Assembly: GCA_951406725.2 (NCBI GenBank)
Contig: OX597816.1
Location: 109,554,001 to 109,618,000, forward strand
From: Octopus vulgaris
Lineage: Eukaryota
Direction of reading: 5' to 3'
Length of the DNA: 64,000 nucleotides
A program made the translations under genes and the position numbers. The notes beneath the pieces were generated by a model that saw only the letters and a program-made list of their open reading frames with translations, was not told the origin of the DNA and made no database searches. Below, piece after piece: positions 40,549 through 53,334 of the stretch (position 1 is its first letter; each line of letters begins with the position of its first letter).

Positions 40549-41804
40549 ACCTACCTACCTACCTACCTACCTACCTACCTACCTACATATCTACCTACGT
40601 AGCTATCTAACTACCTAGCTACCTTCCTACCTATCTACCTACCTAGCTACCTACCTACCGACCTATATACCTACCTACCTACCTACCTACCTACCTACCT
40701 ACCTACCTACATACCTACCTACCTACCTACCTACCTACCTACCGACCTACGTTCCTACCTATCGACCTACCTGCCTACCTACCTACCTACCTACCTACCT
40801 ACCTACCTACCTACCTACCTACCTACCTACATACCTACCTACCTACCTACCTACCTACCGACCTACGTTCCTACCTATCGACCTACCTGTCTACCTACCT
40901 ACCTACCTACCTACCTATCTACCTACCTACCTACCTACCTACCTACCTACCTACCTACCTACCTACCTACCTACCTACCTACCTACCTACCTATCTACCT
41001 TCCTACCTACCTACCTACTCTGCCTACCTACATTCCTAGCTACCTACCTACCTACCGACCTACGTACCTACCGACCTACCTACCTACCTAGCTACATAGC
41101 TACCTACCTACCTACCTACATACATACATACACATCTACCTACCTACCTACCTACCTATCTACCTACCTACCTACCGACCTATCTACCTACCTACCGACC
41201 TACATACCTACCTACCTACCTACCTACCTACCTACCTACCTACCAACCTACCTACCTACCTATCTACCTACCTACCAACATACCTACCTACCTACCTACC
41301 TACCTACCTACCTACCTACCTACCTACCTACCTACCTACCTACCTACCTACCGACCTACCTTCCTACCTATCGACCTACCTGCCTACCTACCTACCTACC
41401 TACCTACCTACCTACCTTCCTACCTACCTACCAACCTAACTGCCTATCACCTTCCTAGCTACCTACCTATCTACCTACCTACCTACCGACCTACGTACCT
41501 ACCGACCTACCTACCTATCTACCTACCTACCTACCTACCTATCTACCTACCTACCTACCAACTTACCTACCTACCTACCGACCTACCTATCCACCTACCT
41601 ACCTACCTACCTACCTATTTACCTACCGACCTACCTACCTACCTACCTACCTACCTACCTACCTACCTACCGACCTACCTACCTACCTACCTACCTACCT
41701 ACTGACCTACCTACCTACCTACCTACCTACCTATCTACCTACCTAGCTACCTAGCTACCTACCGACCTACCTACCTATCTACCTACCTACCTATCTACCT
41801 ACCT
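40545..41804. repeat. ~1.26 kb (ACCT)n/(TAGG)n satellite with higher-order structure
   Basis: Directly visible; variant block ACCGACCTACGTTCCTACCTATCGACC recurs at about 40741, 40857 and 41350. Confidence 0.98.
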
Positions 41805-41808
41805 AAAT

Positions 41809-42290
41809 CGATGGATGAATATAGCAAGGATGGCACGTATGAATGACGACACCACCTTGAGCATAATCCTATGAACCCAGAAATTGAAAACAGAGGGTTA
41901 CCCACTTGCAAACAAATGTGGTAACATGTAACAATATTGACCGAGGTTACCGTAGTCTTTTTCGTAGGCTTTTCTTCCCACGGATAAACCTTATCTGCTT
42001 CCCCCTTTACACCGTACATCATGACACTGTGATACACGGTCCCTATTGATCGTTTTTTTTTTCTCTTCCCCTTTTTTCCTCTTTTGTCTTCTTTTTTCTT
42101 CTTTCTTTTCTTTTGTTTCTTTTTTCTTTTGTTTTATTTCTTTTCCTTTTTTTCTTTTTTTCTTTTTTCCCTTTTGCGATCCCTTTTGATCGAAAACTAC
42201 GCCACTTTTTTTTTCATCCCCCAAAAGAAAATCTCTACCTTGTAATTTGTCCCATCTGTGTGCAGCCCTGTGTGGCCAATAAAGAAACTT
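41809..42290 (+). mobile_element. Tx1 3' fragment (ORF2 end + UTR), followed by (ACCT)n to ~42604
   Basis: Matches 39780-40305; AATAAA at 42278. Confidence 0.9.
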
Positions 42291-42609
42291 ACCTACCTAC
42301 CTACCGACTGACGTACCTACCTACCTACATACCTACCTACCTAACTACCTACCTACCTTCCTACTTATCTACCTACCTACCGACCTACCTACCTACCTAC
42401 CTACCTACCTACCTACCTACCTACCTATCTACCTATCTAGCTACCTAACTACCTACCGACCTACATACCTACCTAGCTACCTAGCTACCTACCTACCGAC
42501 CAACCTACCTATCTACCTACCTACCTTCCTACCTACCTACCTACCTACTTACCTATCTACCTACCTACCTACCTACCTACTTACCTACCTACCTACCTGC
42601 CTACTGTGC

Positions 42610-43390
42610 AACTACTCTGAGCTTACAACTATTTCATGTGACCAAGAGGCGGCCGGGCTAGGCTATATAAACGGAAGCTTGGAGAAGGAGCAGGCATCAT
42701 ACCAGCAAGAGGGCCATATCCTGTAAGCTAAAGAATGACAACACTGTCGACAGGATGAATAGCCTTTCTTGGACCTGTGACAGATGCATTACATCCCACC
42801 TAGAAGGATATGCCTTCGCAATACAAGAAGAGGATATAGTTGCTAAATATGTAATAGATAAGGATATAAAGTTACCACCAAGCTTCTGCGTTGCGATAGA
42901 AAATATGAGCTCTGCTACACCAGTTTGCAAGATACCCCCACCGTGTCACCAGCCCTAAAATGTCAACGAGATAAACCTGCCATTAAGGTATGGCGTAGTT
43001 GCAATGCTAGCCTCTGGAAAGATTACCCTGACTTATACATCAAAAGCATGTCACAACCAGCATGTATTGACAAATTTAAAAACAATGAATACTGGTGGAA
43101 AACTTCAATAAAGAAACAACATTTCGGTGCAAACATAACCGACCTGATATTGTTCTGTGGGACAGGGAACAAAAGTAGAGGTTAGCTTCCTAGTGGATGT
43201 GAATGTACAATCAAAACTTCAGGCAAAAGAGAATATTTATGATGAATTAACGCAGGACTTACAACTCTTGTAGCCTAACTATAAATTCTTATCATAATAG
43301 AAAAAGAAACCGACGCAGTTTCTCCAAATCCAATCTAGTAGAGGCACTGTGAAGATATGCAGGGCATTCCAGAGATTCTCCATTTGTGAT
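42610..43390 (+). mobile_element. RLE LINE fragment, heavily deleted
   Basis: SLSWTCDRCITSHLEGYAFAIQEEDIVAKY, NNEYWWKTSIK, PDxILW-like, GTVKICRAF; same family as 9570-9925. Confidence 0.75.
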
Positions 43391-43489
43391 GCAGTCAAAT
43401 AAAATGCAAAGAATACACATATATACATTTATATATGCATACATACATCTCTCTCTCTATATGTATGTATATATATATGTAGTGGCTTC

Positions 43490-43650
43490 ATTAGAGCTTG
43501 ATGGTAGTATGGTGGTCGCACTGCTAAGAAGCCTGAGGTGGTGTTGGAAGGTAAGCCATGACTTGCAGTGGTATAGGAGTTTTTTTCTGTACATAGGTTC
43601 TATGCATGCTTCAGTGCCTTTCTTCAGTGATTGCTGCTCCAAGGACTTTT
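43490..43650 (-). mobile_element. RTE-clade LINE fragment
   Basis: KLLYHCKSWLTFQHHLRLL resembles the RTE motif TLLYGCESWxxYxxHxRLL. Confidence 0.5.
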
Positions 43651-45203
43651 AGATATTTTGAAATAATGATTGCCACTGCTTGATGATATGTAGATTTTTC
43701 AACTACTCAGTGACAAAATAGGAAGAGACTGAAAACTAAACCTCATAGTTGAGTTAAAACAATTTCTTCAATGTGTGTAAAATTAGGCAAATTTTACATA
43801 CGTCATATTGCTACACAAAATGTAATAACTGCCTAATTCATAACCGACTAAAGTATCTATTGAACAAATACAAACTACGTTAAGTGCTACAGTTTATAAT
43901 CTAAGGACAGCAAAACACAGCAGAGCTATGAATCTCTTAACCAAACCAGCATGAACTGACGAAACTTACAATAAATCATATATAACCAATGCATAATTGA
44001 AAGATAAAGTACATATTCCTTGTTTAACTTTTATTTTTCTATATATTCATGGTTACTAATTTGTCTTTTTAATATATGTGGTTATTTTCCACCGACTTGT
44101 AGTTTAGCTGAATCACTAGTGTTGCTGATAGGGTCGACATTAATTTTCATCTTACTGAAGTCGATATAATAAATACCAGATAAGTACAAATATAGATATA
44201 GTCGCCTGTTGCCTTTTCGCAAATACCTGACCTTATGTCTATGATAAAAATCAATATATCTACATTTTCTTTTATCTTAAAAATGTCTTTACTTTTATTC
44301 ATTTTTTCAAAAGAAAAAAATGTATTTTTTAAAATTTGTTTTAATAGTTTTAAATTTATTTACTTTTCATTCATATCTTTAGAAAGTATTTTCTCTACTT
44401 ACCTTTCAATTTTTAATTTTTCTCATACGTGTGTAAAAGATATTGAATTCCATTCTACTATTTATTTTATTGTTTTATATATTTGACTTATCTTGCCTTT
44501 TTCCATAAAAGGCATATTTTTGAAGACAGCTAGGATTAAGAACATTACTATGTGATATCTCTAATATTTATTCGGCTAGTATTATTCATTTTTTCTGGAA
44601 TCCTATTATAGTTGCCATTCAGACAAAATAAAATACCCAACTATCTGTTTATTGATTTTTCATATTATTTCACCTCAAATTTAGCTTTCATTGCAGGATT
44701 AATAACGTACTTTATTTGCCTTGAATAATGTTTTATTTATGCAAACGCATTTTAGAAGATTCAAAGTTTAAGTTCTTTAGTAGACAGCATAACATACCAA
44801 AAAAAAAAAACACAGAAATTAATCCCAAATTATTTGCATGCAAATTATTGAAGACGTTTCTGCTTGAAGTTATTTTCTCACTGCTTCACACCAAATTAAA
44901 CTAATTAGTAACTTTTCCTGCTATTATATATATCGATGACACAATATAATTAAATATTGTCATATTTGTGTTAACATTTTAAATAAAGCGTAAATAAGTA
45001 GCTATGTGAAAAAAGTATGTTAGTCAATGATATTATTTTTAATATTTTGCCAAGTACAAAATATCACCCTTTACATCTTTTGTGCGAAGTGTAGAGTAAT
45101 TTTTACTTACTAAAATAATCTTGACGAAATCACTACTTTAAATACAAAACTGTACGATGGTTTACGCAAAAAAATATAATTCGTTAGGATAATATTCCAC
45201 AAA

Positions 45204-45283
45204 TTTCTTTTACTAGTTTCAGTCATTTGATTGGGTTCATATTGGGGGGACAACAAAGACACACAAACATATACACACACGTG

Positions 45284-45345
<62 letters not shown>

Positions 45346-45506
45346 GGGCTTCTTTCAGTTTTCGTCTACCAAATCCACTCAAAAAGTTTCGGTCGGCCCG
45401 AGGCTATAGTAGAAGACACTTGCCCAAGGTGCCACGTAGTGGGACTGTACGCGGAACCATGAGGTTGGTAAGCAAGCTACTTACCACACATCACTCCTAC
45501 GCCTAT
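45204..45506 (-). mobile_element. OK-like SINE with internal deletion in the 3' half
   Basis: Head and body match 22690-22852; tail joined directly after the microsatellite region. Confidence 0.85.
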
Positions 45507-45842
45507 ACTTATGTTATACATGTCATTATTGTTAATACTTATATTCTGCTACATTCCATGCGACTTGCACCAGTAGATTTGTATTCAACATGCAGTGTTG
45601 TCAATGGAATCATAAAGAGTGAGAGGCCCGGAATAATGAGCAATAACACAGAGCCATCACTATTTCACAATACACTGTTCTGTAAACAATAAAATAAAAA
45701 TTCAATAAAAAACAAAACCACAGTATAAATACATGGAATATTGGTCATCTATATTCCTAGCTGTCCTTTTGTTTATTGCCATCAATTTATATATTGGTAT
45801 ATATGGCCTGATTCCTGTCTGGTTTTCTGTTAATAATCTATC

Positions 45843-46984
45843 CTACCCGTTCGGGATAAGCTCTACAGACACGGCTCGAGAAACACAGGGCCGACCTGCC
45901 CGAGATGCAGTCAGAGCGACGAAACCGTTCTGCACGTACTCGTGCAGTGTCCAACAATTTCCGACCTGTGGGATTATGTCGAACAACTGCTGTCACGTGT
46001 GGGACGAGTCGGTTTATCAGCTGAGTCTATCGTCAATATTGTCACGCCTCCTTCCTTCAAACGGGAAGTAAGAGCTATTTTCATCAACCTTGTGGCTATG
46101 GCGAAAGAATGTATCTGGTGGATGCGTCTGAAAGGATTGGTGACAAACATTTTCCTCTCTGGTCAATCCCTCATCAACTTCTTCAAGTACCACTTGAAAA
46201 GGAAAGTGAGAGTAGAGAGGCAAGTTTTGTCTAGCGAATGTTTTAAAAAAAGATGGGTGAATGTAGCAAGGATGGCACGTATGAATGACGAAGCCACTTT
46301 GAGCATAATCCTATGAACCCAGAAATTGAAAACAGAGGGTTACCCACTTACAATACAATGTGGTAAAATATAACAATATTGACCTTACTTGCTTTCCCCT
46401 ATACACCATACATCATAACACTGTGATATACGATCCCTATTGTTCGTTTTTTTCCTCTTCCCCTTTTTTCCTCTTTTTTCTTCTTTTTTTCATTTCTCTT
46501 TTCTTTTGTTCCTTTTCTTCTTTTTTTCTTTTTTTATTTCTTTTTTTATTTTTTGATCTTTTTTTCCCTTTTACGATCCCTTTTGATCAAAAACCTACGC
46601 CACCTATTTTTTTTTTTGTTTCTTTTGTTTTTTGTTTTTTTGTTTTTTTTTCATCCCCGAAAAGAAAAGGTCTACCTTGTAACTTGTCCCATCTGTGTGC
46701 AGTCCTGTGTGGCCAATAAAGAAACTTATCTTTCCTCTTCCCCTTTTTTCCTCTTTTTTCTTCTTTTTTCATTTTTCTTTTCCTTTGTTCCTTTTCCCTT
46801 TTTTCTTTTTTTCTTTTCCTTTTTTTTTGTTCTTTTTCCCTTTTACGATCCCTTTTGATCGAAAACCTACGCCACCCTTTTTTTTATTCTTTTGTTTTTT
46901 GTTGTTTTTTTAATCCCCCCCCCCAAAGCTCTACCTTGTAACTTGTCCCATCAGTGTGCAGCCCTGTCTGGCCAATAAAGAAAT

Positions 46985-47016
<32 letters not shown>

Positions 47017-47224
47017 TTTCCTTTTTTTCCTTTTTTTTCTTTTCTTTTCTTTTTTTGTTCTTTTTCCCCTTTTACGATCCCTTTTGATCGAAAACCTACG
47101 CTACTTTTTTTGTTTCTTTTCTTTTTTTTTTGTTTTCTTTCATCCCACAAAAGATAAGCTCTCACCTTGTAATTTGTCCCATCTGTGTGCAGCCCTGTGT
47201 GGCCAATAAAGAAACTTATCTATC
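45843..47224 (+). mobile_element. Tx1 3' fragment plus two further tandem 3' UTR ends
   Basis: ORF 45942..46316 is the ORF2 C-terminus; AATAAA at 46715, 46974 and 47205, each followed by TATC or (TATC)n. Confidence 0.92.
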
Positions 47225-47479
47225 GACATGGACGGACGCTAGTCAAATGGGCTTCACGTAAGTTGGCCACTTTTACATGTTTAAAACTCCTTGTTGTCAA
47301 ATATTTTGTTTTAATCGTTGTGCAAGTTCATTCACTAAAAAACCTGAGAATTATTCACGTAGAATTCCGCCCCTGTATAGGCGAAATTACCAAAAACTTT
47401 CAAAACTTTTCTGGGTTTCTTTTAGCCATTTTTATTTTGAAAATAGCAACTAGAAACCACGTGGCTAGCCCGCCAGTCA

Positions 47480-49288
47480 TGCGGAACGGTAGCGAAACAC
47501 TATTGCTACCAATAGCTGCTAAACCTCGCAGCTTGAACACCGCTGTCACCACCACCACCAACAACAAAACTAACGTCGCAAGACCATTCACCATCGCCGC
47601 GACCAAAGACATCAACTTAGTTTTCCCCCACACCCTACACCACTTGTCGATGAAAACAGGACGGAGAAGGATTTCAAAAATCGAATACAGACGAAAACAT
47701 GAATGCCAGCACAACCACCATCACTACTACCAACAACAACAACGAAATCAGCACAAAGCCGCCTACCAAAGACAACACCGCCAACACCAACACTACTACC
47801 ACGACTTCAACTGCTACAACTAACTCTTCTGCTGCTAACACCGCCAAAATTAAACCGAATTTCGCGGATGCGACAAAACAAAAACGAACAATCGTAAAAT
47901 TCACCACACAGGAAATAAACCTCACAAAAGCACTCTTCACCAAAGAAGGAGATAAATTGCATCTTCACATTCCACAACACATCGTGGAAAACACAGAAAA
48001 AAAAACAATAATCTACAAAGTCATCACCAAGAAAATAAGACAACCAGAAAATGCACCGCAGGAAAAAATTGAAAAATGCCTTCGTCCTGCATGGACTCTA
48101 AGGAGTATATCAGTTGGGGAAATAAATTTGGCACAGTCCAAGTACGTTTCCTCAACGAAAATTTAGCAAAACGATTTTCCACATTGGAGCTGCATTCAGA
48201 CGACTTGGTAATGATACCAATCTATTTAAACCAGAGGGTGACGAAAGTCCAAATAAGAAATGTACCACCTGAAGTCGAAATACAATGGTTAGTCTCTGCC
48301 ATCTGCTTTGAAATGGCAGAACCAATGGCAGAGACAAACATCCTTGAAATCGCCGTTCTAGGAGAGAAAGACTATGTGGGAAAATCAATCCAATTCCTTC
48401 TTCAATTGGATGAAACAACAAGAGAAAAGATACCCACCACTATAGAACTGCCAGAAGGCTACAAACTCTATGTAGTGGTAGAGGGCAGGCGACCACGTTG
48501 CTATTTTGTGTGGAAGCGAAACACACTTGAAAAAGAAGTACCCAACCACTGCACACCAAGAGCAACAACAACAACCGCTACCACAACCAAAACACTCCGA
48601 GAAAAAAGCTCTACTACCCACACCACCATCAACACAGAAGACGACAAGAGAAGCACACCAAGCTAATCCGTCAACAACCAAAAATTATCTAACACCTGAG
48701 AAAATACTAACACCACCAACAACAGCAAGAACCAAAGGAACAGAAAAACAAAGAAAATATACAAAAACTGATTCCCCATCCCTTATATTGCACTCACCAC
48801 ACACAAACACTCAACAACCAACAGCAACGAAAACAACAGCACAACCACTTACACAGACATACATAGAAGCCTACAACATACCCCTACCCCCTACTGATTC
48901 CTTAGAAAATTCGTCGGAAGATGAAACCAGTGAGGAATGGCAAATAGCTAGAAAAGGAAGGAAAATAAAGAGCAGAAACACAACCAAACCAAATGCAAGC
49001 ACAAACAAAGCAGGGGGAAATACATCTCTCGAATATATTTCAAAACCCAACACAAACAACAGCCACACTAACACCACAAAAATATATACAGCAAACATGC
49101 TCACAGCTATAGACACCAAAAACACAAATTTGATGGATTACATCAAGTCAAAAACAAACATAGCAGAAGATGACATAAAAACAAACAATCACCCATGCAC
49201 AACACCACCAGACGACATCAAAATATTACATATCTCCAGAAGTCTGCACCACACACTCAAAGGCATTTTCCCCCAGTGCGGTTGGTAA
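47480..49288 (+). pseudogene. LINE ORF1 (RRM-like region + CCHC knuckle, T/P-rich tails), frameshifted
   Basis: Overlapping ORFs 47699, 48076, 48506: NFADATK, FGTVQVRF, TKVQIRNVPPEV, VVVEGRRPRCYxCGSETHLKK. Start position uncertain. Confidence 0.8.
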
Positions 49289-49420
49289 ATGCCAAAAATA
49301 CCTCACAAAGAAACTTTACTGGGATCTCCTCGAGGACAAACCAAAGGAGGAGAAAGCAAAAACTTTCGAGCAGTAAGAAACCCTTTGTTCCTTTCACTTG
49401 TATTCTAATTCATTAGGATT

Positions 49421-52400
49421 ATGATCAAGATTGGTTGTGTAAATGCGTGTGGCTTGGGGTCCCTTTGGAAACAAGGGTACCTCTTAAATGACATAAAGTC
49501 ACACAAGTTAGAAATCAAAGCCATAAGTGAGACCAGACTCCACAATCCGCGGGCCCTAAAGACCATGTTTGGCGGACAGTTCAACACTTATTTTTCCCCG
49601 TGTGCCAAGAATGGGCGGTAGTGGCACCGCGGTACTTTTTCGCAAGAGTTTGGATCTCAAAGTAAAGACAATATTCGTAGACCCGGAGGGTAGACTGGTC
49701 ATTTTGGATGTCGACGGCAGCAATGGGTGCGCTTTTCGACTCGTATCAGTCTACGCACCGCCCTTAACAGGTCGGGCGGATTTCTTTCAACGTCTAGAAG
49801 TATTCTTGGGAACGTCTCGTCCTTTACTAGTGGGGGATTGGAATGCTAACTTGGACACGCATGCAGACTACGTGGGCAGAGATAGGAATAGACGGGGATA
49901 CAAATGCCTCAGAGACCTGCTCAGACGCTTTCGACTATCTGACGGGTTCCGACTAGACCACCCGAATGCGGCAACGTGGACATGGAGCAACCGCATCGGG
50001 TTGTCGAGATCGTATCTAGATAGGATACTGTGTAGGACAGTAGATAGAGATAGCATAGGATGTCCACAATTCCACATAGTCAGCTACACGGATCACAAAC
50101 TTGTGACATGTACGCTAGACTTAGGTAAGACACTTAGGCAGGGTCCCGGATATTGGAAACTAAACGCGTCTTTCCCATCGAGACAGGTTTTCAGAGACCG
50201 GATTAGAACACTAGTAAAGAGGGCTTTGACGGGAGCCATCATCAACAACAAATGGTGGTTTGCCCTCAAGAGAGCAGTAAAAGCAGAAGCGATTAGATAC
50301 AGCAAAGCACTAGCCATAGATAGAAATAGAGTAGAGGGTGAGCTAGTTAAGAAGCTAGAAGAGGCAATTAGAAGCGGCATCGCATCCGACGTTTTGGCGG
50401 CGAGGTTGGCCCTCGAACAACACTTCAACGCCAAACACGAAGCATATGCTGTCAGAGGTAGGATGCATGCTCTAAGGAACGAAGGTGTTGGAGCCGCGAG
50501 AGAGGCCCGGGTGGCAGAGGCGCAACAGGGCAACAAAGCCACCATTCGGTCTCTGGTAGATGAACAGGGGCGCGAATTGCTCGAGCCAAGTAAAATGTGT
50601 GAGGCTTTGAACAACATTTTTCCCGACTGTTCGGGACGAGTGGCGGGCAAGAACGTAGGGTGGACTTCAGCGCCTACCTACAGAGCCTACCACGACTCTC
50701 GACAAAAGAGGCAGGTCGCTGCGAAGGTTCCATCACGGCGGTGGAAGTGCAGGACGATGGCAGAATGCTCAAGGGACAAATCGCCGGGTTTGGATGGTCT
50801 ACCCTACGAGCTTTACAGTTGTACGCCAGACTTGTTTGGAGACGTCTTGGCAGCGGTGTACTGCAACTGGCAGCAAAACGGGAGCATTCCTGGTTTTGTG
50901 AGCCGAGGAGCCGTAACAGTGCTGAAGAAAGATCTAAACAAGGAAAATGTAATAGATAACTTTAGGCCCATCACTCTGCTTAATGCAGACTTGAAAATTT
51001 TGGCCAAGGTATTAGCCAAGAGGTTGGCGCTTGTCATCGAGAAACTGGTCGACTAGGCGCAAACGTGCGCCGTGCCGGGCCGGACCATCAATGACAACCT
51101 CCACCTGATGCGCTACATCATAGACAGGGTAGTTAACGAACCTGGCATGGGTGGGGCGCTAATCAATTTGGATCAATCGAAAGCTTTCGATAGGGTAGAC
51201 CATCGATACTTGGAGGCTGTCCTCAGACCGGCTGGCTTCGGTCCCGTCTTCCGCGGCTGGATCCCGCTTTGTACAGAGGCATCCGTTCGGTGATTCGCGT
51301 GAATGGACATCTATCGAGACCTTTCGACATCGCACGTTCGGTCCGTCAGGGATGCCCCCTCTCGTCGCTTCTATACGTATTGACTCTCGAGCCATTATTG
51401 CGGAAGCTGGCAACTCTGAGGGCATCCCGGGAGAATTGGGATGCTGGACGAGCGTGTCTGCATACGCGGACGGCGTTACCGTCATAGTGTCTAGCCACGA
51501 GCACATCAAGCAGGTCGGCGAGACACTGAAAAACTACGAAGCGGTGACAGGAGCGAAAATCAACCGGGAAAAGTCAGTGGGCTCGCGACTAGGCACCTGA
51601 AGAAGTAAGCCCATGCCGTCTACCAGCGCCTCCGTTGTGGGACGCTGGATCGACGGTCCGGTCGAGTTGCTCGGGGTCTGGTTTGGTCCGGACCTCCAAA
51701 TGGAGAAGAACTGGAACGAGATAACGAGTAGGGTGGTCACTCTCGCGCGGCAATGGGCCGAGAGGAAACTGTCCCTAAAAGGTCGGGCGGAGGTGGCGAA
51801 CACGTACATCGCGTCCGTCATCTACTACCGCCTGACCGTCGTACCTTGTCCCGACCCTACCATCACCAAACTAGAACGCATTCTCTTTCGCTTCTTGTGG
51901 AAAGGATGCGCCCCGATGGTCAGGCGATCCATTTGCTGTCAACACCCGTTAAAAGGAGGACTGGGCATGCCGTGGTTGATGATGCGCAGACACGCGCTGA
52001 GACTGCGACATCTCTGGCTCTATGTAGACGACGGTTAACAGGTGTGGTCGCCGTTTGTGAAGCGCGCTTTTTCCCGCAGGACGTATCCATGACCGAACTG
52101 CAGTCGTAGATCAAAAAGAAGCCGAGGAAGGGCGAATGGCACCGCGAGTGTTGCGTTGCTCTCAAGCAACTCTGTCGACCTTGAGTGATTCCATCACAAC
52201 CCAAGCATTCTATAGGGGATTAGTGGAGGGGAGGTACGACGACGAGCTCGGGGCGAACCTGGACGTTGACGAGGAATACCTGACCCGCCTGTTCGAGACG
52301 ACTTTCGGGCCAGGGCTCATGGACAACTTCCAGAGATCCCTAGCTTGGCAGTGCTACCGAGAAGCGCTATCCGTTCGAGATAAGCTCTACAGACACGGCT

Positions 52401-52840
52401 CGAGAAACATGGGGCCGACCTGCCCGAGATGCAGTCAGAGCGACGAACCGTTCTGCACACACTTGTGCAGTATTCAACAATTTCCGACCTGTGGGATTAT
52501 GTCGAACAACTGCTGTCACATGTGGGACGAGTCGGTTTATCAGCTGAGTCTATCGTCAATATTGTCACGCCTCTTTCCTTAAAACGGGAAGGAAGAGCTA
52601 TTTTCATCATCCTTGTGGCTATGGCGAAAGAATGTATCTGGTGGACGCGTCTGAAAGGATTGGAGACAAAACATTTTCCTCTCTGGTCAATCTCTCATCA
52701 ACTTCTTCAAGTACCACTTGAAAAGGAAAGTGAGAGTAGAGAGGCAAGTTTTGTCTAGCGAATGTTTTAAAAAAAGATGGGTGAATGTAGCAAGAATGGC
52801 ACGTATGAATGACGAAGCCACCTTGAGCATAATCCTATGA
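49421..52840 (+). pseudogene. LINE ORF2 (APE endonuclease + RT + CCHC), multiple frameshifts and stops
   Basis: MIKIGCVNACGL..AISET, VSVYAP, VGDWNA, SYLDRIL, TDHKLV, GPGYWKLN; SPGLDGLPYELY, NFRPITLLNADLKILAKVLAKRL, DQSKAFDRVDH, SVRQGCPLS, AYADG (YADD in copy C), CPRC. Confidence 0.95.
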
Positions 52841-53245
52841 ACCCAGAAATTGAAAACAGAGGGTTACCCATTTGCAAAAAAAAAAAAAAGAACATATAAC
52901 ATGTGACTATTGACCGAGGTTACTGTGGTCTTTTCCGTAGGCTTTTCTTCCCACGGGTAAAACTCACCTGTCCTCCCCTTTACACTTCATATCATGACAT
53001 TTCTGTGATAACGATCCCTATTGATCAAATTTTTTTTCCTCTCCTTCTTTTTTCTTTTCTTTTTTTTTTTTTTAACCCCGTTTGTTTCTTTTTTCCTCTT
53101 TCTCTCCTTTTACGATCCCTTTTGATCGAAAACCTACGCCCTTTTTTTTAATTTTTATTTTATTTCTTTTTTTCCATCAAAAGAAAAGCTCTAGCTTGTA
53201 ATTTGTCCCATCTGTGTGCAGCCCTGTGTGGCTAATAAAGAAACA

Positions 53246-53334
<89 letters not shown>
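53246..53334. repeat. (ATCT)n / (GATA)n between Tx1 copies B and C
   Basis: Directly visible. Confidence 0.98.

Larger units (their letters stand above)
47225..53245 (+). mobile_element. Apparently full-length (~6 kb) Tx1/L1-clade LINE, copy B, inactivated
   Basis: 5' UTR, ORF1, ORF2 (APE-RT-CCHC), U-rich 3' UTR, AATAAA at 53234, (ATCT)n tail; starts immediately after the TATCTATC tail of the upstream copy. Confidence 0.93.

Noticed and set aside
40545-41804. (TAGG)n as telomeric or interstitial telomeric repeat
   Set aside because: The unit is 4 nt, not TTAGGG or TTAGG, and it is directly attached to LINE 3' ends.
46430-47224. Repeat-spacer-like periodicity (CRISPR-like)
   Set aside because: Units are LINE 3' UTR copies with poly(A) signals; eukaryotic context, no cas genes, no unique constant-length spacers.
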